Shown piece after piece: positions 1-13,918 of a DNA stretch of 64,000 bases. A program made the translations under genes and the position numbers. Within the stretch, counting starts at the first letter, position 1. Each line of letters begins with the position of its first letter. The notes beneath the pieces are model-generated. The model made no database searches, was not told the origin of the DNA, and saw only the letters and a list, made by a program, of their open reading frames with translations. This DNA is from the human T2T-CHM13v2.0 reference genome, Homo sapiens: the NCBI RefSeq assembly GCF_009914755.1, contig NC_060936.1. The stretch is one strand, 5' to 3'.

Positions 1-1509
1 GCTTATGATTGAAGCTACGAGTCGAGGGGTGAAGTGAAATGAAGAAAATAATAGAGATGTTAGTATACCTTTATTTTTGAAATTTGAAAATCATGGGCTG
101 ACAGAATAAGGTATAAATATTTCACACATTATGTGAAGTTATAAAAGTCACAGATAGAGGAATTAAAAATAATAATATAACTATATTAAGACAGGAAAAA
201 GAAAGTGAGGGATTTTCTAAATCCTTATGAGTCATAGCAGATTGTCCATAGATATCGGAAATTTGTAAACCAAAAACTAGTGAGATAAACATTTTAATCA
301 CAGTATTAACCCCTAAAAACGAACCAAAAGTAGAGTAGCTTACAGAATTTGCAATAATTTCTTCTAGGCTTGAGACAGTATGTGTATGGTTGGATGTGGC
401 CAGGGAGTGTCACTTTTCACTGGAAGCTATCTTTTCTCACACTAGCCATTTGGAATCTAGAATCTGCCTATGTGGTAGACACAGAATTCATAGGGTTGCC
501 AAAAAGCTACATGTGCAGGAGGGCTGCCCAAAGGAGGGGAGAAGCATGCTCTATTGGGGGTTTTAGACTGTGGATCAACAGTGAGGGTGTTCAGTGTGTG
601 CTTTTATCCAGACTTAGCAGATGATCACTTAGACAATCAGTCTCCAGTTCAATCCTGGCATGTAAGAATTTAAATTGTGTTTTAAATATCAACCAGTCTG
701 GTGAGATAGGCCTCAGAGGATGCTCTTGGAGGGCTAGTAAATTGATACACAGAGTCTGTTTAGGAACAATGTGGTGATATATCAAGAACCACAAACATAA
801 TCATAGCCATTGACCTGGAAGTCCCAATTCTGAGAACGTATTCTAAAAAAGAAAATTTAAAGATATTTTATATATGTTTTAACCACATGCCTATTTAACC
901 TCTCAACTATATACTGCAATACCTGGGTGACCACGAAAGTATAGTTCATTATCAGACAACATTCTTATTCTCTGTTGGCTGATTATAAACGTTTCCATAG
1001 TGAGAGGACAGGACAACTTCGAATGTTAACTTTTAATATCGTATAATCTTTCAGTAAGCTTCAAATGATTGAGTGCCAGTCTCATTTCCTACCATCTGCC
1101 TCCCTCTTTCCTATTTTATCCTTAAGCCACCCTCCAAACCCTCCATATATGTACCGCAGTTTCACCTCCATTCTAGTGGCATTCTAGGTGGTCAAGGCCA
1201 TGAGGAAAAAAGAAGCTCTATCCTGGAAGCTCCATCCTGGAAGAAAAGAAATGAAGCTTCAATAGAATTGTTCTCCTTAGGAACAGGCTCAGAACCTCAG
1301 AGTGAAGCATCTGCAGGCAAACCAAAATGACTTCATGTTACTCATTTGAAATAGCATAATAAGGATAATTTATTAAAAGACATTTTTCCCATTGCAGGTA
1401 AGAATAAAGATTGCATATAGTTATGTTTTCTATAATATTGTTGATATTAAAAATTTATGAGTAACTTAATTCCCTGACTATAGGAGAATCTTAAATAAAT
1501 TCTAAATAC

Positions 1510-2010
1510 TTTCTCTTCCCTGCCAGGTTTTCACATGGCTGGATCCTTCTCATCATTCTTTAGAAAGGCCTTTAAGGCTGAGTGTGGTGGTCCATGCCTG
1601 TAATCCCAGCACTTTGGGAGGCCGAGGCAGGAGAATCACTTGAGGCCAGGAGTTCAAGAGCAGCCTAAAGCAACATGCTGAGACCTTCCATCTCTACAAG
1701 AAACCTTTTAAAATTTAAAAAATTATAATTAAAAAAAGAAAGACCTTTGTAGATCACCACCCACCACCATCCTCCAACATCTTATTTTCCCATCTCTATC
1801 TTTTATTTTTATCATAGCTCTAATCACTATTTAAATATGTATTCCTAAAAATTTGTCTCTATCTTTATCATCTCTCTTCTTCCATTAGATTGTAGCCTCC
1901 ATGAAGTCAAGGACTGCCTATCTCGTTCACTACAGTATCCACTGTATATGGAACTGAACCTGGCACATAATAGGTGCTTGATAAATATTTGCTAACAAAT
2001 TAATGAATAA
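1510..2010 (+). mobile_element. L2 LINE 3' end, interrupted by an Alu monomer
   Basis: L2 terminal motif ...cctggcacataataggtgcttgataaatatttgctaacaaattaatgaat ending ~2008. Confidence 0.75.
1576..1736 (+). mobile_element. Alu left monomer (FLAM/AluJ-like)
   Basis: ggctgagtgtggtgg...cccagcactttgggagg...tctctac plus A-rich tail; TSD agaaaggccttt (1562-1573) / agaaagaccttt (1737-1748). Confidence 0.9.
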
Positions 2011-2179
2011 TTTTCAGATATTGACATTATAAACATAAAAATATATAGTTTGATGGAAAAAAAATGTATGATTGCTTAAACACAACAGCATAGATATAAT
2101 TTTAAGGATGTTATTTTGCACATGAAACAAAGAAAAAATTACAAGAGTTTTATTTACCGACATAATTATTATGAATAAC

Positions 2180-2471
<292 letters not shown>

Positions 2472-3459
2472 CAATAACATTTTTTCTTATATTTTTTATT
2501 AGTTACTTTAATGCCCTTAAAATATTACTTATGGGTTTTTAATCATCTACTAGTCTTGCTTGTATGTATTAAATAACATGAAGAGAAATGCCTTGGCTTT
2601 CCTGGTGAAAAAAAAGTTTACAGGCTGTAATATAACTTTAAACTCTTGAAGTATTCACAGTCTAATTTAGATATAAGGCTTAAACTGATGGCTTTAACAA
2701 ATACATAATAAATCTTGGTGGAAATTAACATGTTTTCGTAAAAGGTGAATTTTAATGTCTAAATTAATCATAGAAGAGTTTTTGAGCTTATAAAAAGAGG
2801 AAGTACAAGCCTCATTTTGTTTATATGCCTTGAAGTTTTTCCACAGGAGGTAATGACTATCCACAAAAGATTTGCTTCTGCTGAACTGGCCTCACTATGC
2901 CAATGAGGGGATAATGCAACAGCATCATTCCTTAGAAACTCAAGCTCCGGGCTGCCTGGTATAGATACCTCCATTGTAAGAATTATCTTGTTGCTTTGTC
3001 ATTACTTGTTTACACATGTGTCTTCCCTAGCAGGTTATAAACTGCTTGAGGGAAAGAGAGTAGATCTTCATAAATTTGTTGGATTAAAAGAATTTAGTAA
3101 TTTGTGCTTGAGATTAAAAGACTTTGGATGCTAAAACTTTGCAGGAAATTTGATTTTCAGACATAAAAAATGTATCACTTACTTTGTGTGTTTACTCTCA
3201 AACATTATCCACAAGAATTTGAGTCAGTTTGTAATAAATAGTGCAAAGGGAAATGGTGGATTATAATACAAAACTTTTTAAGCCAAAGAAAATTTAATTT
3301 GAATATATAGTCAAAATAAGAACAATTACAGAGAAAAAAAAAGAAAATCTGATCTCTACACATCATAACTGACATTGTTGCTTTAGTGGAACCTCAGCTT
3401 TCGTGTTGATATTACTAGTAGCCAAAGCATAAAGGAGAGACACAGTCAGTTATAACTCC

Positions 3460-3637
3460 TTTTTTTTTTTTTTTTGTATTTTAAGTTCCAGGGTACATGT
3501 GCAAGATGTACAGGTTTGTTACATAGGTAAATATGTGCCATGGTGGTTTGCTACATAGATTTTCCCATCACCTAGGCATTAAGCCCAGCATGCATTAGCT
3601 ATTTTCTCTGGCGCTCTCCCCCAACTCTGCCCTCCCC
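3460..3637 (-). mobile_element. 5'-truncated L1PA 3' end
   Basis: poly-T, ttaagttccagggtacatgtgca...caggtttgttacataggta; TSD ataactc at 3452-3458 and 3638-3644. Confidence 0.9.
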
Positions 3638-3918
3638 ATAACTCTTATTTTTGAAAGTCAAAAAATCAGTTAGGCATTGGAAGAAGCAAATCATTTCTAG
3701 ATTTTAGCTCTGAATGAAATACTGATTAATCATGTGAATAATATTCTCAGTGGCATCCCCAGAGCAAATGCAACAAATAATTTCATAAGGTTGTTTTTCA
3801 ACTTCTTCCCCAGTGAAAGCCCAGAGCAAAACATCACAGACTAATTCAGCAAAGGCAATTCATAACAATTCATAACACAGCAACATTGTCCAGATACATC
3901 ATTCTCTATCCTTTAAGC

Positions 3919-4141
3919 CAGGCAGGGGTGAGCAAAATACAGACCCCAGACCAAATACAGCCCATTATCCATTCTTGTAAATAAAGTTTTATTGCAACAC
4001 AGCCAGATGCATTTATCTACTTCACGTCGATAGCTGCTTTCATGCTAGTGTAGTGTAGAGAGTAATTCTAATGACCATATGGCCCACAAAACCTAAATAT
4101 TTACTATCTGGCTCTTTACATAAAACTTTTGCTGACCCCTG
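3919..4141 (+). mobile_element. MER58A-like hAT-Charlie MITE
   Basis: caggggt...tgacccctg termini, internal aaataaagttttattg and aaatatttactatctggc; 8-bp TSD ctttaagc/ctttaaac. Confidence 0.85.
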
Positions 4142-6595
4142 CTTTAAACTAAACTTCCATTATTATCACTTTTCTCCACAGAACTTTTGATAAGAGTTGG
4201 ATACAAACAATTTGTGGATTTGAGTTAGATTCATACGTTAGATAAAACCACATGAAACTGCCAGTTTTTCATTTTTTTTAGAAACAAAAGGCCAACTCTA
4301 TATTATTCACTCTAATGCTTAAGAAAAAATTGAAATCTTGTTACAAACATTAAAGAGGCAACACATATTTTGCTTGGATGGATAATAACACTCACATATA
4401 GGAGTGGGACATGAAATATTATTAAGCAAAGCCAGGATATTTCTGAAAAAGAAATTTTAGTCTTCCCACAACATGAAATCAGATCTAAATGCTACCATTT
4501 GCTATCATTGCAAATGAAAGAGAAAATACCAAATATCCCCATTAAAAGACCAATTTAATGACAAACTTAGCAATGATGACTACCCATTGACATGATGGTT
4601 TCTAGTGAATAACTTCTTGTGTTTATAATACGTGAAATAGTTGTGCAAAAGACTCACCATTGCATCCATAGAATTATCTGTGCACTAGAGACGTAATGGA
4701 TATTCAATCTATATGTCTTTCATTAATTAGGAAAACAAAATTATCTCATGAGATTTTGAACAAAATATACAGCTAGATCAGTCTACGCACTGAAAATTGT
4801 ACAGCTAGAAGCATCAGCAGAATGTCTCACATCAAGTAAATTATTAACAATAGGTGTTTATTTGGGAATAAGTTTGTATATTTCTTAAATGAATAACCAA
4901 AGTATGTGTTATTAATTTCCTACTATGTGCACACAGGGCTAGTGGCTACAGAAAAATATATGGCTCAATTCCTTTAGGTAAGGGACTTTAAATCTAGTTG
5001 GTGAAACACATATTAAAAGAAAGAGCACTAGCCCATAAGGCATGTCTTAATAAAGTGACAAATGAATAAAATTGACAATCAGTGAACCATTACATGCTGT
5101 GTTGAATTCATTCTCCATGAAAATTCAACATGAAAGAGGCCAAGAAGCCTGGATTCCAGTCTTGCTTGTGACATTTCCTAGCAAGAATGTACATTATTTT
5201 ATTTAACAGTGTTCCACTTGTTTATTTTACTGGAGTGTATACTCTTCAGTTCTTGAGAAGTCTGAGATAATTATCACATCACCACTAACAACTAGTAGTG
5301 TTCTTTTGAGCCCTAGGTTTCTGTGGAAGAGCTTCTGTGGAAAAAGTTCAACAGATGTTGACCTCAACTTGCATGTTAAGTGTTTTGGGGAAAATATTTT
5401 AAATATCGTAATACTTAAAACACTCCAGAAAGCTCTATGCCAGATGTTAACACATTGGAAACTATCAATGCATTAACTTGTGTTTCCAGTTTGACTTGCT
5501 TTTTATGGGCCTCACATTAAAGGCTTCTTCTGCAAGAGTATCCTGAGATTACATAGTAACCTGTTAAAGACTTCCCATTTGCAACTAGTTTTCTGAGTAA
5601 ATTAGGATCTTTTTTGATAGTGTGTAAATACAAAAGAAATACTAAACTAAATTAGATGCTAAGGATTATGTGAAATCACAAGTGTCATAGTAAGCTCTCA
5701 TTCCAAGTTTTTGTATTAATCAAAACAACCTTAGTTTCATTTATTGACTATATACTGAGGAAATTTATTCAATTTGAACTTATAAGGTTATTTTATGAAT
5801 AAAATATCGTTTCTATGTAGTAAAATTCCATTTACATTTTTATTTAAGAGGAATTACTTCTGCAAAAAAAAACGCTAGAAATAACTTGAAATGTACATTC
5901 CGAAACAAATAGTATATGATTCTCCACACAAAACTTAGCTTGATAACAAAAGCATAAAACAGTTACCTTGTTTCCTGAGATTTTATAAAATCACACACTA
6001 CACACACCATATATAAGGCAACTACCAGAATCTGCTTACTAGTTAAAAATACTTGCTCTTCCCACTTGGTTTTGCACAACACCTGCAATTTAATCAGGAT
6101 GTTTTTGGGTGTGCCTGTACTTCCCTGTCAACATTTCAGTTTTGGGCAAACGCCAACCTGTAAGAGATTTTCATCTGGAGACTGTTTCCCTTCTTGCAAC
6201 ATCAGTTGTACTGTTGCCAAAAACATCACCCTACTAAGGGAACATCCCCTTTTATTCACTCCCATCCATTTCTGGACTCAAATAATAAACACTTAGTCCT
6301 GCATCTGAATGAAGCTTTTTTTTTTTGCCTTTTCTTCACCTAAAACAATTCTCACTAACCTCAGGGGGTCAATCTTTTTCAACATGTTCTTAATACCCCA
6401 AGTACTAAGCTACTCTGTTTTTTGTTTGTTTTTTGTCTTTTTGCTTTTGTTTCATTTTTTTTGTCAAAAAGGCTCATAATATTTGGGGCTGCAAACTATT
6501 CATCATCCTGAGAGAATTCAGCTCTCTAATTCTGCACAGGAGTAGAACAGGCATTTCTGTTTCTACCCATTGTGGTATTTTAAAATATTAACCTC

Positions 6596-7524
6596 AAAAG
6601 ATGCTCCATATCATACGTTATCAAGGAAATTCAAACTGAAACAATGAGATACCACTACACACCTTTGAGAATGAACAAAACCCAGAACTAACAACATCAA
6701 ACGCTGACTAGGATGTGAAGCACAAGGACCCATTTATTGCTGGTAGGAATGCAAAATAGTACAGCTACTATGGAAGACAATTTGGCAGCTTTTTAAAAAC
6801 TGAACACTCTTAACATATGATCCAGCAATCCTGCTCCTTGGTATTTACCAAAGAAATGGAAAACTTAGGTCCACACAAAAACCTGCACACAGATGTTTAT
6901 AACAGCCTAATTCATAATTGCTAAAATTTGGAAGCAACTGAGATGTCCATCAGCAGATGAATGTATAAATAAACTGAGGCACATCCAGAAAATGGACTAT
7001 TACTCAGTGCTAAAGAGAAATGAGCTATCAAGCCTTGAAAAGACATGGAGAAAGCTTAAATGCTTGTATACTAAGTGAAAGAAGCCAAACTGAAAAGTTA
7101 CATACTATATGACTCCAACTATAGGATATTCTGCAAAAGGCAAAAATATAGAAACAGTAAGATGATCAATGGTTGCCAGGGGTTAGAAGGGAGGGAAGGA
7201 GGAATAGCCAGAGCACAGGGGGTTTTCATGACAATGAAAATACTCTGTATGATACTATATGGTGAATTCATGTCATTATACATTTGTCCAGACTCGTAGA
7301 ATATACATCACCATGAGTGAACCCTAATGCAAATTATGGATTTGAGGTGATTATATTGTGTCAGTGCAGGCTTATCAACTGTAACAAATGTAACATCCTG
7401 ATAGGAGATTTTAATAGTGGTGGAGGCTATGCATGTGTAGGGGTGGGGAGTATACAGGAAATCTCTATACCTTCCTCTCAATTTTGCTGTGAATCTAAAA
7501 TTACTCTAAAAAATAGTCTTTTAA
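6596..7524 (+). mobile_element. L1MC1-like 3' fragment (ORF2 end + 3'UTR)
   Basis: aacaatgagataccactacacacct, cacacaaaaacctgcacacagatgtttata, gtgaaccctaatgcaaattatgga; degenerate TSD aaaatattaacctc/aaaatgctaatctc. Confidence 0.85.
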
Positions 7525-8919
7525 AAAATGCTAATCTCCTCAGTACCTATATACCAACACAGAGCTTTGTCCTTTTTTACAAGGTAGACACCCTTTGTTA
7601 AGCGTGATCAAACCTGTGAGCCAATTTCCTAGAAAAAATGTAATGCTAGGGGAGACTGTTCTGATTACCAAACAATGACTCAGTGTGTTAAAAGGGCAAA
7701 CCTAAACTGAAAAAATCCTGTTGAAGACAGGCATGGTTTCCTGAGAAAGAAGATTATGAACAAGTAAGCTATATTTATCTAGATCTGGGTCTGCATTCTG
7801 TTAGAAATACTTTTGTTTTTCATCACTATTGCATTTTTAATATTCCAGCAAACTGTGATTGCTTAAATTGCTCAAAGATGTTAAATATTTATACTTTTGT
7901 GGAAGTCTTAAGATCAAGAAGAAAATGCACCTAATAGAAACAATCTGCTGGAGTGGTCAATAGGCCTGTTTAGACTGTGGCGGATGACATTATTCAAGCT
8001 GGCGAGTTATTTAGACTTGGATATTTTAAAGAGTAGAAATACTAAATAGCTAAATTCTATCACACTCAATAATTATTTGTATAATATTGAAGATATGATA
8101 TTAGAATATTTTCTTTCAAAAAACTATGCTGAGTCTGTTCTGCTATGTGCCAGTTCATTGCATATGTACAGTAAAAAATTAGAAGTTTACCTTCAAATAT
8201 CTAAAAAAAAAGTAATAATAAATTAGATAATTCCTAAGACTAAAGAACAAAACGAAAACTTTTATTTTCACTGTGGCCTTCAATATACTTCCCCATACAT
8301 ATAAACTTTTCTTCCTAGCTCATTACACACAAGCCACTCTGAGCTTCTTTCAGTTCCTAAACATACCTAATTTCATGCTTGCTTAAAGACTTTCTACCTG
8401 CCATTCCTTTTTCTGGAATATTCTTCCCCAATTTTTCACAAGATTTAACCACAAGAGCAGGGAATTTTAAAAGCAGGGACTTGGGAGTACGAATACCAGG
8501 ACACTGTGAATTAATATATGTAAATGACTGAAATATAATTAAGTGCTTAATAGTTATAGGTCATTATTGTGTTGCTTGTCATCATTAGCCTTCTATTCTC
8601 AGCTCTGATGTTACCTCCCCGTAGAAAGAAGCCCCCTCTGAACATTGAAAGTAGAGATTCTCCTGCCATCCTTCCTTCTCCAACCTGGTCACTCTCTGTC
8701 ACATCACCTTTTCCATTTCCTCCCTGCAAATGAGGATTGCCTAATGAATAGCATTTTATAGAAAGGCTAAACTCTGGAAACACTTGCCATATTTTTAATA
8801 GTCAAATTCTTTCTCTAGTTTCTGTAGGTAAAGAATTTGTTAAACTTGTCCCAATGAAAGTGACAAAAAGTCAGCACTTATTTTTAGATAAGTAGAACAA
8901 CCATCTAAATGGCATTACA

Positions 8920-9175
8920 GACTGGGCATGGTGGCTCATGTCTGTAATCCCAGCACTTTAAGAGGCCAAGGCGGGCAGATTGCTTGAGCCCAGGAGTTCG
9001 AGATCAGCCTGGGCAATATAGTGAAATCCCATCTCTATAAAAAATAAAAATAAAAAATTAGCTGGGCATGGTGGTGTGCACCTATAGTCCCACCTACCTT
9101 GGTCGTACCACTGCACTCCAGCCTGGGTGACAGAGTGAGACCCTGTCTCAAAAAAAATTAAATTAAATTAAATTA
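8920..9175 (+). mobile_element. AluJ-like with internal deletion in the right monomer
   Basis: gagcccaggagttcgag...gggcaa; right arm jumps from tagtcccacctac to ccactgcactccagcc. Confidence 0.9.
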
Positions 9176-10550
9176 TATTACAGCATAGTGGTTTGTTGTT
9201 TGTGGCAAAAGAAGCCAGAACAAAGAAATCAGTGACTATATATAACATGCTTTCTTTCTTTGGGCAAGTCAGGCAGTAATATATTTTGGAGACAGTGTCT
9301 AGGAAGGTAACAGGAAGACTCTTCACATTTTAAAATCTAAGACAACCACACTGAGTTATTTATATTAAATTTGGGTGGGAAGTATGGCAGAGAAGAGAAG
9401 AATCTTGGGCATGATTTTCCAGCATCCTCTCAGAGACCCTAATTATTCTCTATCTCTTCTTGAAAATTAAAAATTTTTACTTTATGAAAATCATTACCCA
9501 AAAATATGATATTGCCTGAAAACATAAATACATTTCACAAAATGTTACATAAACTCTTGCACACTGGATGTAGTAAATCATTAAATATAGTGTTTATCCC
9601 CTAACTTTTGAAAAAGTTAACTTGGAGACAAATCAAGAAGGCAAATCAGTGTCCTTTGGTGCCCATTCGAAAAAGTCCTGGGGTAGAATTGATGGTTGAC
9701 CTGACCACCCTGTTTCCAACATGAACATGCTGATATTCCGATATTTATTCTTCCCATCCCTTTCTCAGGTCATTATTTCACCCCTCCCCATCTTCAGATG
9801 AAAAGAGAAAGAAAGAGAACACTGCCATGGTAAGGTAGATTTAGGTTGGGTCTTCTTCCCACACTTTAGTCTTCTACCTGAGATCATCCTGTTAGAGTTT
9901 AGTGTACTTAACAAGTCCAGATGTCTCTGACAGTGATCTCTTCACCAAACACTTTTTTAGTACTTCTCACTATAACAACTCCACTCATCACAGGCAACCC
10001 AACCTTCTTATTTCACAATCGTTTGTTTTACAAACAAGAATCCTAAAGCCAAGAGAAAGTGAACAACTTATCAGGTTTATTCCAAATCAGCATAGAAGAT
10101 GATATGGGAACTCATTTCCAACAAATTTCTTGACTCATGGATGAAATGGGAGACAAGTTGCTTCATTTCATGTTTTGAAATAACTAAGTATTTCTTCTCA
10201 AGTTTGTTCTTATAAGGGCCCCTAGGATAAAGAGCAGCCTGATTCTTGCATAACCACTTGGAGTGGGAGAAAGGGAAAGTCATGTCCTGTGAGGGTGACT
10301 GGGAGGCAATGGGGAGGGTGAAGGATGGGTGGAGTGGACAGGAGCCTAGCCACGGAAGGACACTTCATGGTTGTGAAGAAACAGTGGGTCCTAGGGCCAA
10401 CTGATCTGACTCAGCCCCAGGAATTATTATTATCATCAACTTTGTCTTTGCAAAATAAATGTTGCCACCGCCAATGAATGTGCAAGCACTTGTTAGATCA
10501 GTGGAATAGGTCTTTATATACATATATAAAAACATACACACTTGCATACG

Positions 10551-10765
10551 ATTTATTCAACACTCTCCATGTATAATACCCTATGCTAGGAACTTTGAAT
10601 GCATTATCTCATTTAATACTTACAACGATTCTGGAATGAAAGCATCACTATCTTCATTTTAGGTCTGATGCAAATAAGGATGGTAAAAATTAAGTAACTT
10701 ACCCAAGATCGCATAGTTACTACATGGACAAGCCAAGCTACTAACCTAGATCTCCCTGATTGTAC
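10551..10765 (-). mobile_element. MIR SINE
   Basis: attatctcatttaatacttacaac...ttaagtaacttacccaagatcgcatag (reverse MIR core). Confidence 0.75.
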
Positions 10766-11337
10766 AACCTTAAACACAGATAGCTAAACTTCTCACAGGG
10801 AAAAAAAAAAATATCTATTTCCATAGAGAAAAATTGTGCCTGTGCACACATCTGATTTTGTCACTGCATGAATGCTTCTTTAGAGCATAGATTTTATTTA
10901 TCTATTTTCGTATCTATATCTCCAAAGCAGCCTACTTCAAATCTAGGCATACAGATTCAATAAACATGTGTTTTATTTCTACATAAATGCTCACATAAAG
11001 AGCTAATTGTGATTAATAATAGCAATGGGAGTTGATAGATAAATGGCAGCAATGAGACCTCTACCCTCACCATCACTAAAATGTTTTCAAAGAATCATGG
11101 GCAGAAGAAAGTAGGAGGTGCTTCAGCAGCAGTCTGAGATGAAGGTGCAGTTGGAGAAGGATCCCATCATAAAGCTGCAGAGTCAACACCCCCACCCTTC
11201 TTTTCTTATTACCATTAACCATAGGACACGGAAGGTAGTGGGTGTGGGTTGTACTATTACTGACATCATTTTAGAGAGCTTTTTAGGGGCTCTGATGTTA
11301 CAACACTTTTCATAAGTGACATAAAACTACATTGTGT

Positions 11338-11513
11338 GGACGAGCACGGTGACTCACACCTATAATCCCAGCACTTTGGGAGGCCATGGTGGGATGATAG
11401 CTTGAGCTCAGGAGGTTGAGGCTGCAGTGAGCCATGTCCATGCCAGTGCACTCCAGCCTAGGCAACAAAGCAAGACCCTGTCTCAAAAAAATAAAACAAA
11501 TAAACAAAAAAAA
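11338..11513 (+). mobile_element. Monomeric Alu (FRAM-like or left/right recombinant)
   Basis: left-arm start cccagcactttgggagg runs into right-arm gaggctgcagtgagc...gaccctgtctc; TSD acattgtgt at 11329-11337 and 11522-11530. Confidence 0.9.
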
Positions 11514-11879
11514 ATATTGCCACATTGTGTATATATTTTTGTCAATCATCATTATTTCCATTATGTTCTTCAAAATGTAACTGGCACATCTAATTCATTA
11601 GAGAGACAATTGATTCAGAGACTTAAAAACAAATATATTTAATTCCCTTGATCTGTCTTGATTAAATATCCACCATAAATTATTCTATGGTTATTTATAG
11701 GCTGTGCTCTCAAGGACAATTCAGAAATTAAATTATAGACATGATCTATTTTATTCTCTGTGAACAGCATATGGAGAAGAAATGACTTCCAATAACATGT
11801 CCTTTTAAAACTTTCTACCAAAATGATAATATTTTCAATTATTACACAGTCAAAAATTAATTGCAGTGTGCTGAACTCT

Positions 11880-12180
11880 ACTAATATTTTCTATCTACCA
11901 AAAAACATTATCTGCGTACCAAACTCTACTAAGTGATTTTGAGAATTCAAAGAAATATATATAAAAAAAAGGCCTTGCCAGTGCACTTAAAATCTAGGTG
12001 GTGAGAGAAGAAGCAGCACAGATCAAGATAAGCAGGATAAAAACAGCATGTGTAAACTTCAGATGAGTAATAAGTATTACAGAAGAGGAGAAGAAAGAGC
12101 CAACTGACGTCTGCCTCAGGTGGTCAGAGAAGTTTTCATAAGAAGACAAGACATGATCTAGAACTTGAAGGATTGGTTAA
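11880..12180 (-). mobile_element. L2 fragment
   Basis: ggtcagagaagttttcataagaagacaagacatgatctagaacttgaaggat (reverse L2 motif). Confidence 0.6.
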
Positions 12181-12289
12181 CAGAAAAAAAATGTAATTAT
12201 GTATTAGCTGCTGTTGATAATTACACTATGCTGTGTTTCTTGCCTGAGTCTTCATACTTTTTCCAAATCCTTTCCCCTCAGCTGCCCTC

Positions 12290-12960
12290 TGGAAACTGGA
12301 AGTCATCTAAGACACCTTCCTCTGCCACACTTCCCTACATCAATTTGGTCAACACATCCTGACGATTTCCCTCACAAATGAATCTTAAATACAACTGCTT
12401 TCCTCCATTTCCACTGCCAACATCCTAGCCTCCTACTTGTTCTCACAAGGGTACTTCTGGCTCTCTACGAACTCTTCTTCTCGTAGCCTATGCAATCTTT
12501 TTTTAAACACAAATAGAATTATTTCTGTGATGAGATCATTCAATGATTCCTCATAACCCTTAGAATAACACAGAACACCATTAATATGCTCCCAAAGGCT
12601 GTGTGTGTTTCTGGTCATCACTGGCTTCTGCAGCCTCATATTCAGCCATTCTCTTCTAACAAACACCTACTATCTAGACTTTAGAGCCGTCCAACTCACC
12701 ACCAAGTGTTCCCTGCCCCTAATGTTCCAGAATGTTATTCCCCTCAATATTCACTTTGAAAAGTTCTATTTAGTCATCATACCTCAGCTTAAAAATCCAT
12801 TCGTAAGAAAAGTTTTCTCATATCCTAATTTAAATTACCAACATGCCTCCATCCCCATTCCTGATAATATATCTCTCTCAAAATGCCCCCTTCTTTCCAA
12901 TTTTATATTTAGAGTTTTACTTAAAGACAATTTCCCCATTAGTCTCTAGGCTCAATTTAG
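12290..12960 (+). mobile_element. L2 fragment
   Basis: ggaagtcatctaagacaccttcctct, ctccatttccactgcca, cttcaatgattcc-type pyrimidine-rich L2 sequence. Confidence 0.6.
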
Positions 12961-12965
12961 CATGA

Positions 12966-13243
12966 ATCCCAGCACTTTGGGAGGCCATGATGGGTGGATC
13001 ACTTGAGGTCAGGAGTTTGAGACCAGACTGGCCAACATGATGAAACCCCATCTCTACTAAAAAAAAATACAAAAATTAGCCAAGTGTGGTGGCACATGCC
13101 TGTAATCCCAACTTGGAGGTTGAGGGAGGAGAGTAGCTTGAACCCAGGAGGCAGAGGTTGCAGTAAGCCAAGATTGCACCACTGCACTCCAGCCTGGGCG
13201 ACAGAGTAACAGTCCGTCTCCAAAAAATAAAAAAAATAAAAAA
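12966..13243 (+). mobile_element. 5'-truncated AluS
   Basis: starts aatcccagcactttgg; gaggtcaggagtttgagacc...ggccaacatg; A-rich tail. Confidence 0.95.
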
Positions 13244-13520
13244 ACTGTTAATTCAGTTAGGGTTAGGGTGCTAATAATACCATGATTAGAGATATATACA
13301 GAAGTGCTTATTGTTGAAATGATATGATGTCCAAATTTACCTTTAAAATGCATCAAAGATAAAAGAGGGACAGATGGATAAAACAAGCACAGCAAAATGT
13401 TGATCATTGTTGAGTTAGGTAATTATTACCTGGGGTTCATGGTGCTAGTCTTTCTACTTTTTTGTATGTTTGAAAATAATCATAGTAAAAGGTTTAAAAA
13501 AAAGAAAAAGAAAAAAATAA
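13244..13520 (+). mobile_element. L1ME-type 3' end
   Basis: aaatgatatgatgtc, caaaatgttgatcattgttga, ctactttttgtatgtttgaaaat plus A tail. Confidence 0.7.
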
Positions 13521-13527
13521 AGTGCTC

Positions 13528-13640
13528 AATTCTCCCCCATAAACCTTATGTGGTAGGCACTATTACAGTCACAATTCTGGGGAAACTGGGCCTAAAGAAA
13601 AATAACTTGCTTAGCATCACAGATCTATTAAGCAATAGAA
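13528..13640 (-). mobile_element. MIR fragment
   Basis: ccttatgtggtaggcactatta...ggaaactgggcct...aacttgcttagcatcacag. Confidence 0.6.
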
Positions 13641-13918
13641 CAATTTTTTCCATGATAAAATGTTACTTATCCACTCTTGCACCATGTTGCCCTTATAACC
13701 TCCCCCAGATAGTTACAAACAAGCCTAACTGGTAACTTTTGCAGATATGTCTTCATCCAACACTATGGCCAGCTTTAGAGATTTAAGAATGAGTAAAAAT
13801 AGAGGAAGATATTCCATGTAAATGGAAACCAAAAGAGAGCAGGAGTAACTATATTTATATCAGGTAAAATAAACTTTAAGTCAAAAACGATAAAATGAGA
13901 CAAAGACAGTCCTTATGT

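Noticed and set aside
1214-1243. Micro-duplications (aagctc(t/c)atcctgg x2; similar ones near 3856, 5320, 18255, 51374)
   Set aside because: Ordinary replication-slippage events with no spacer or array organisation; not CRISPR-like.
5290-5590. Possible old hAT-type element
   Set aside because: Only a faint resemblance (gagccctaggtttctgtggaag); I could not define termini or a TSD.
9769-9829. Possible small exon (ctttctcag| ... ATG|GTAAGG)
   Set aside because: Two alternative acceptors and no supporting neighbours; not distinguishable from chance.
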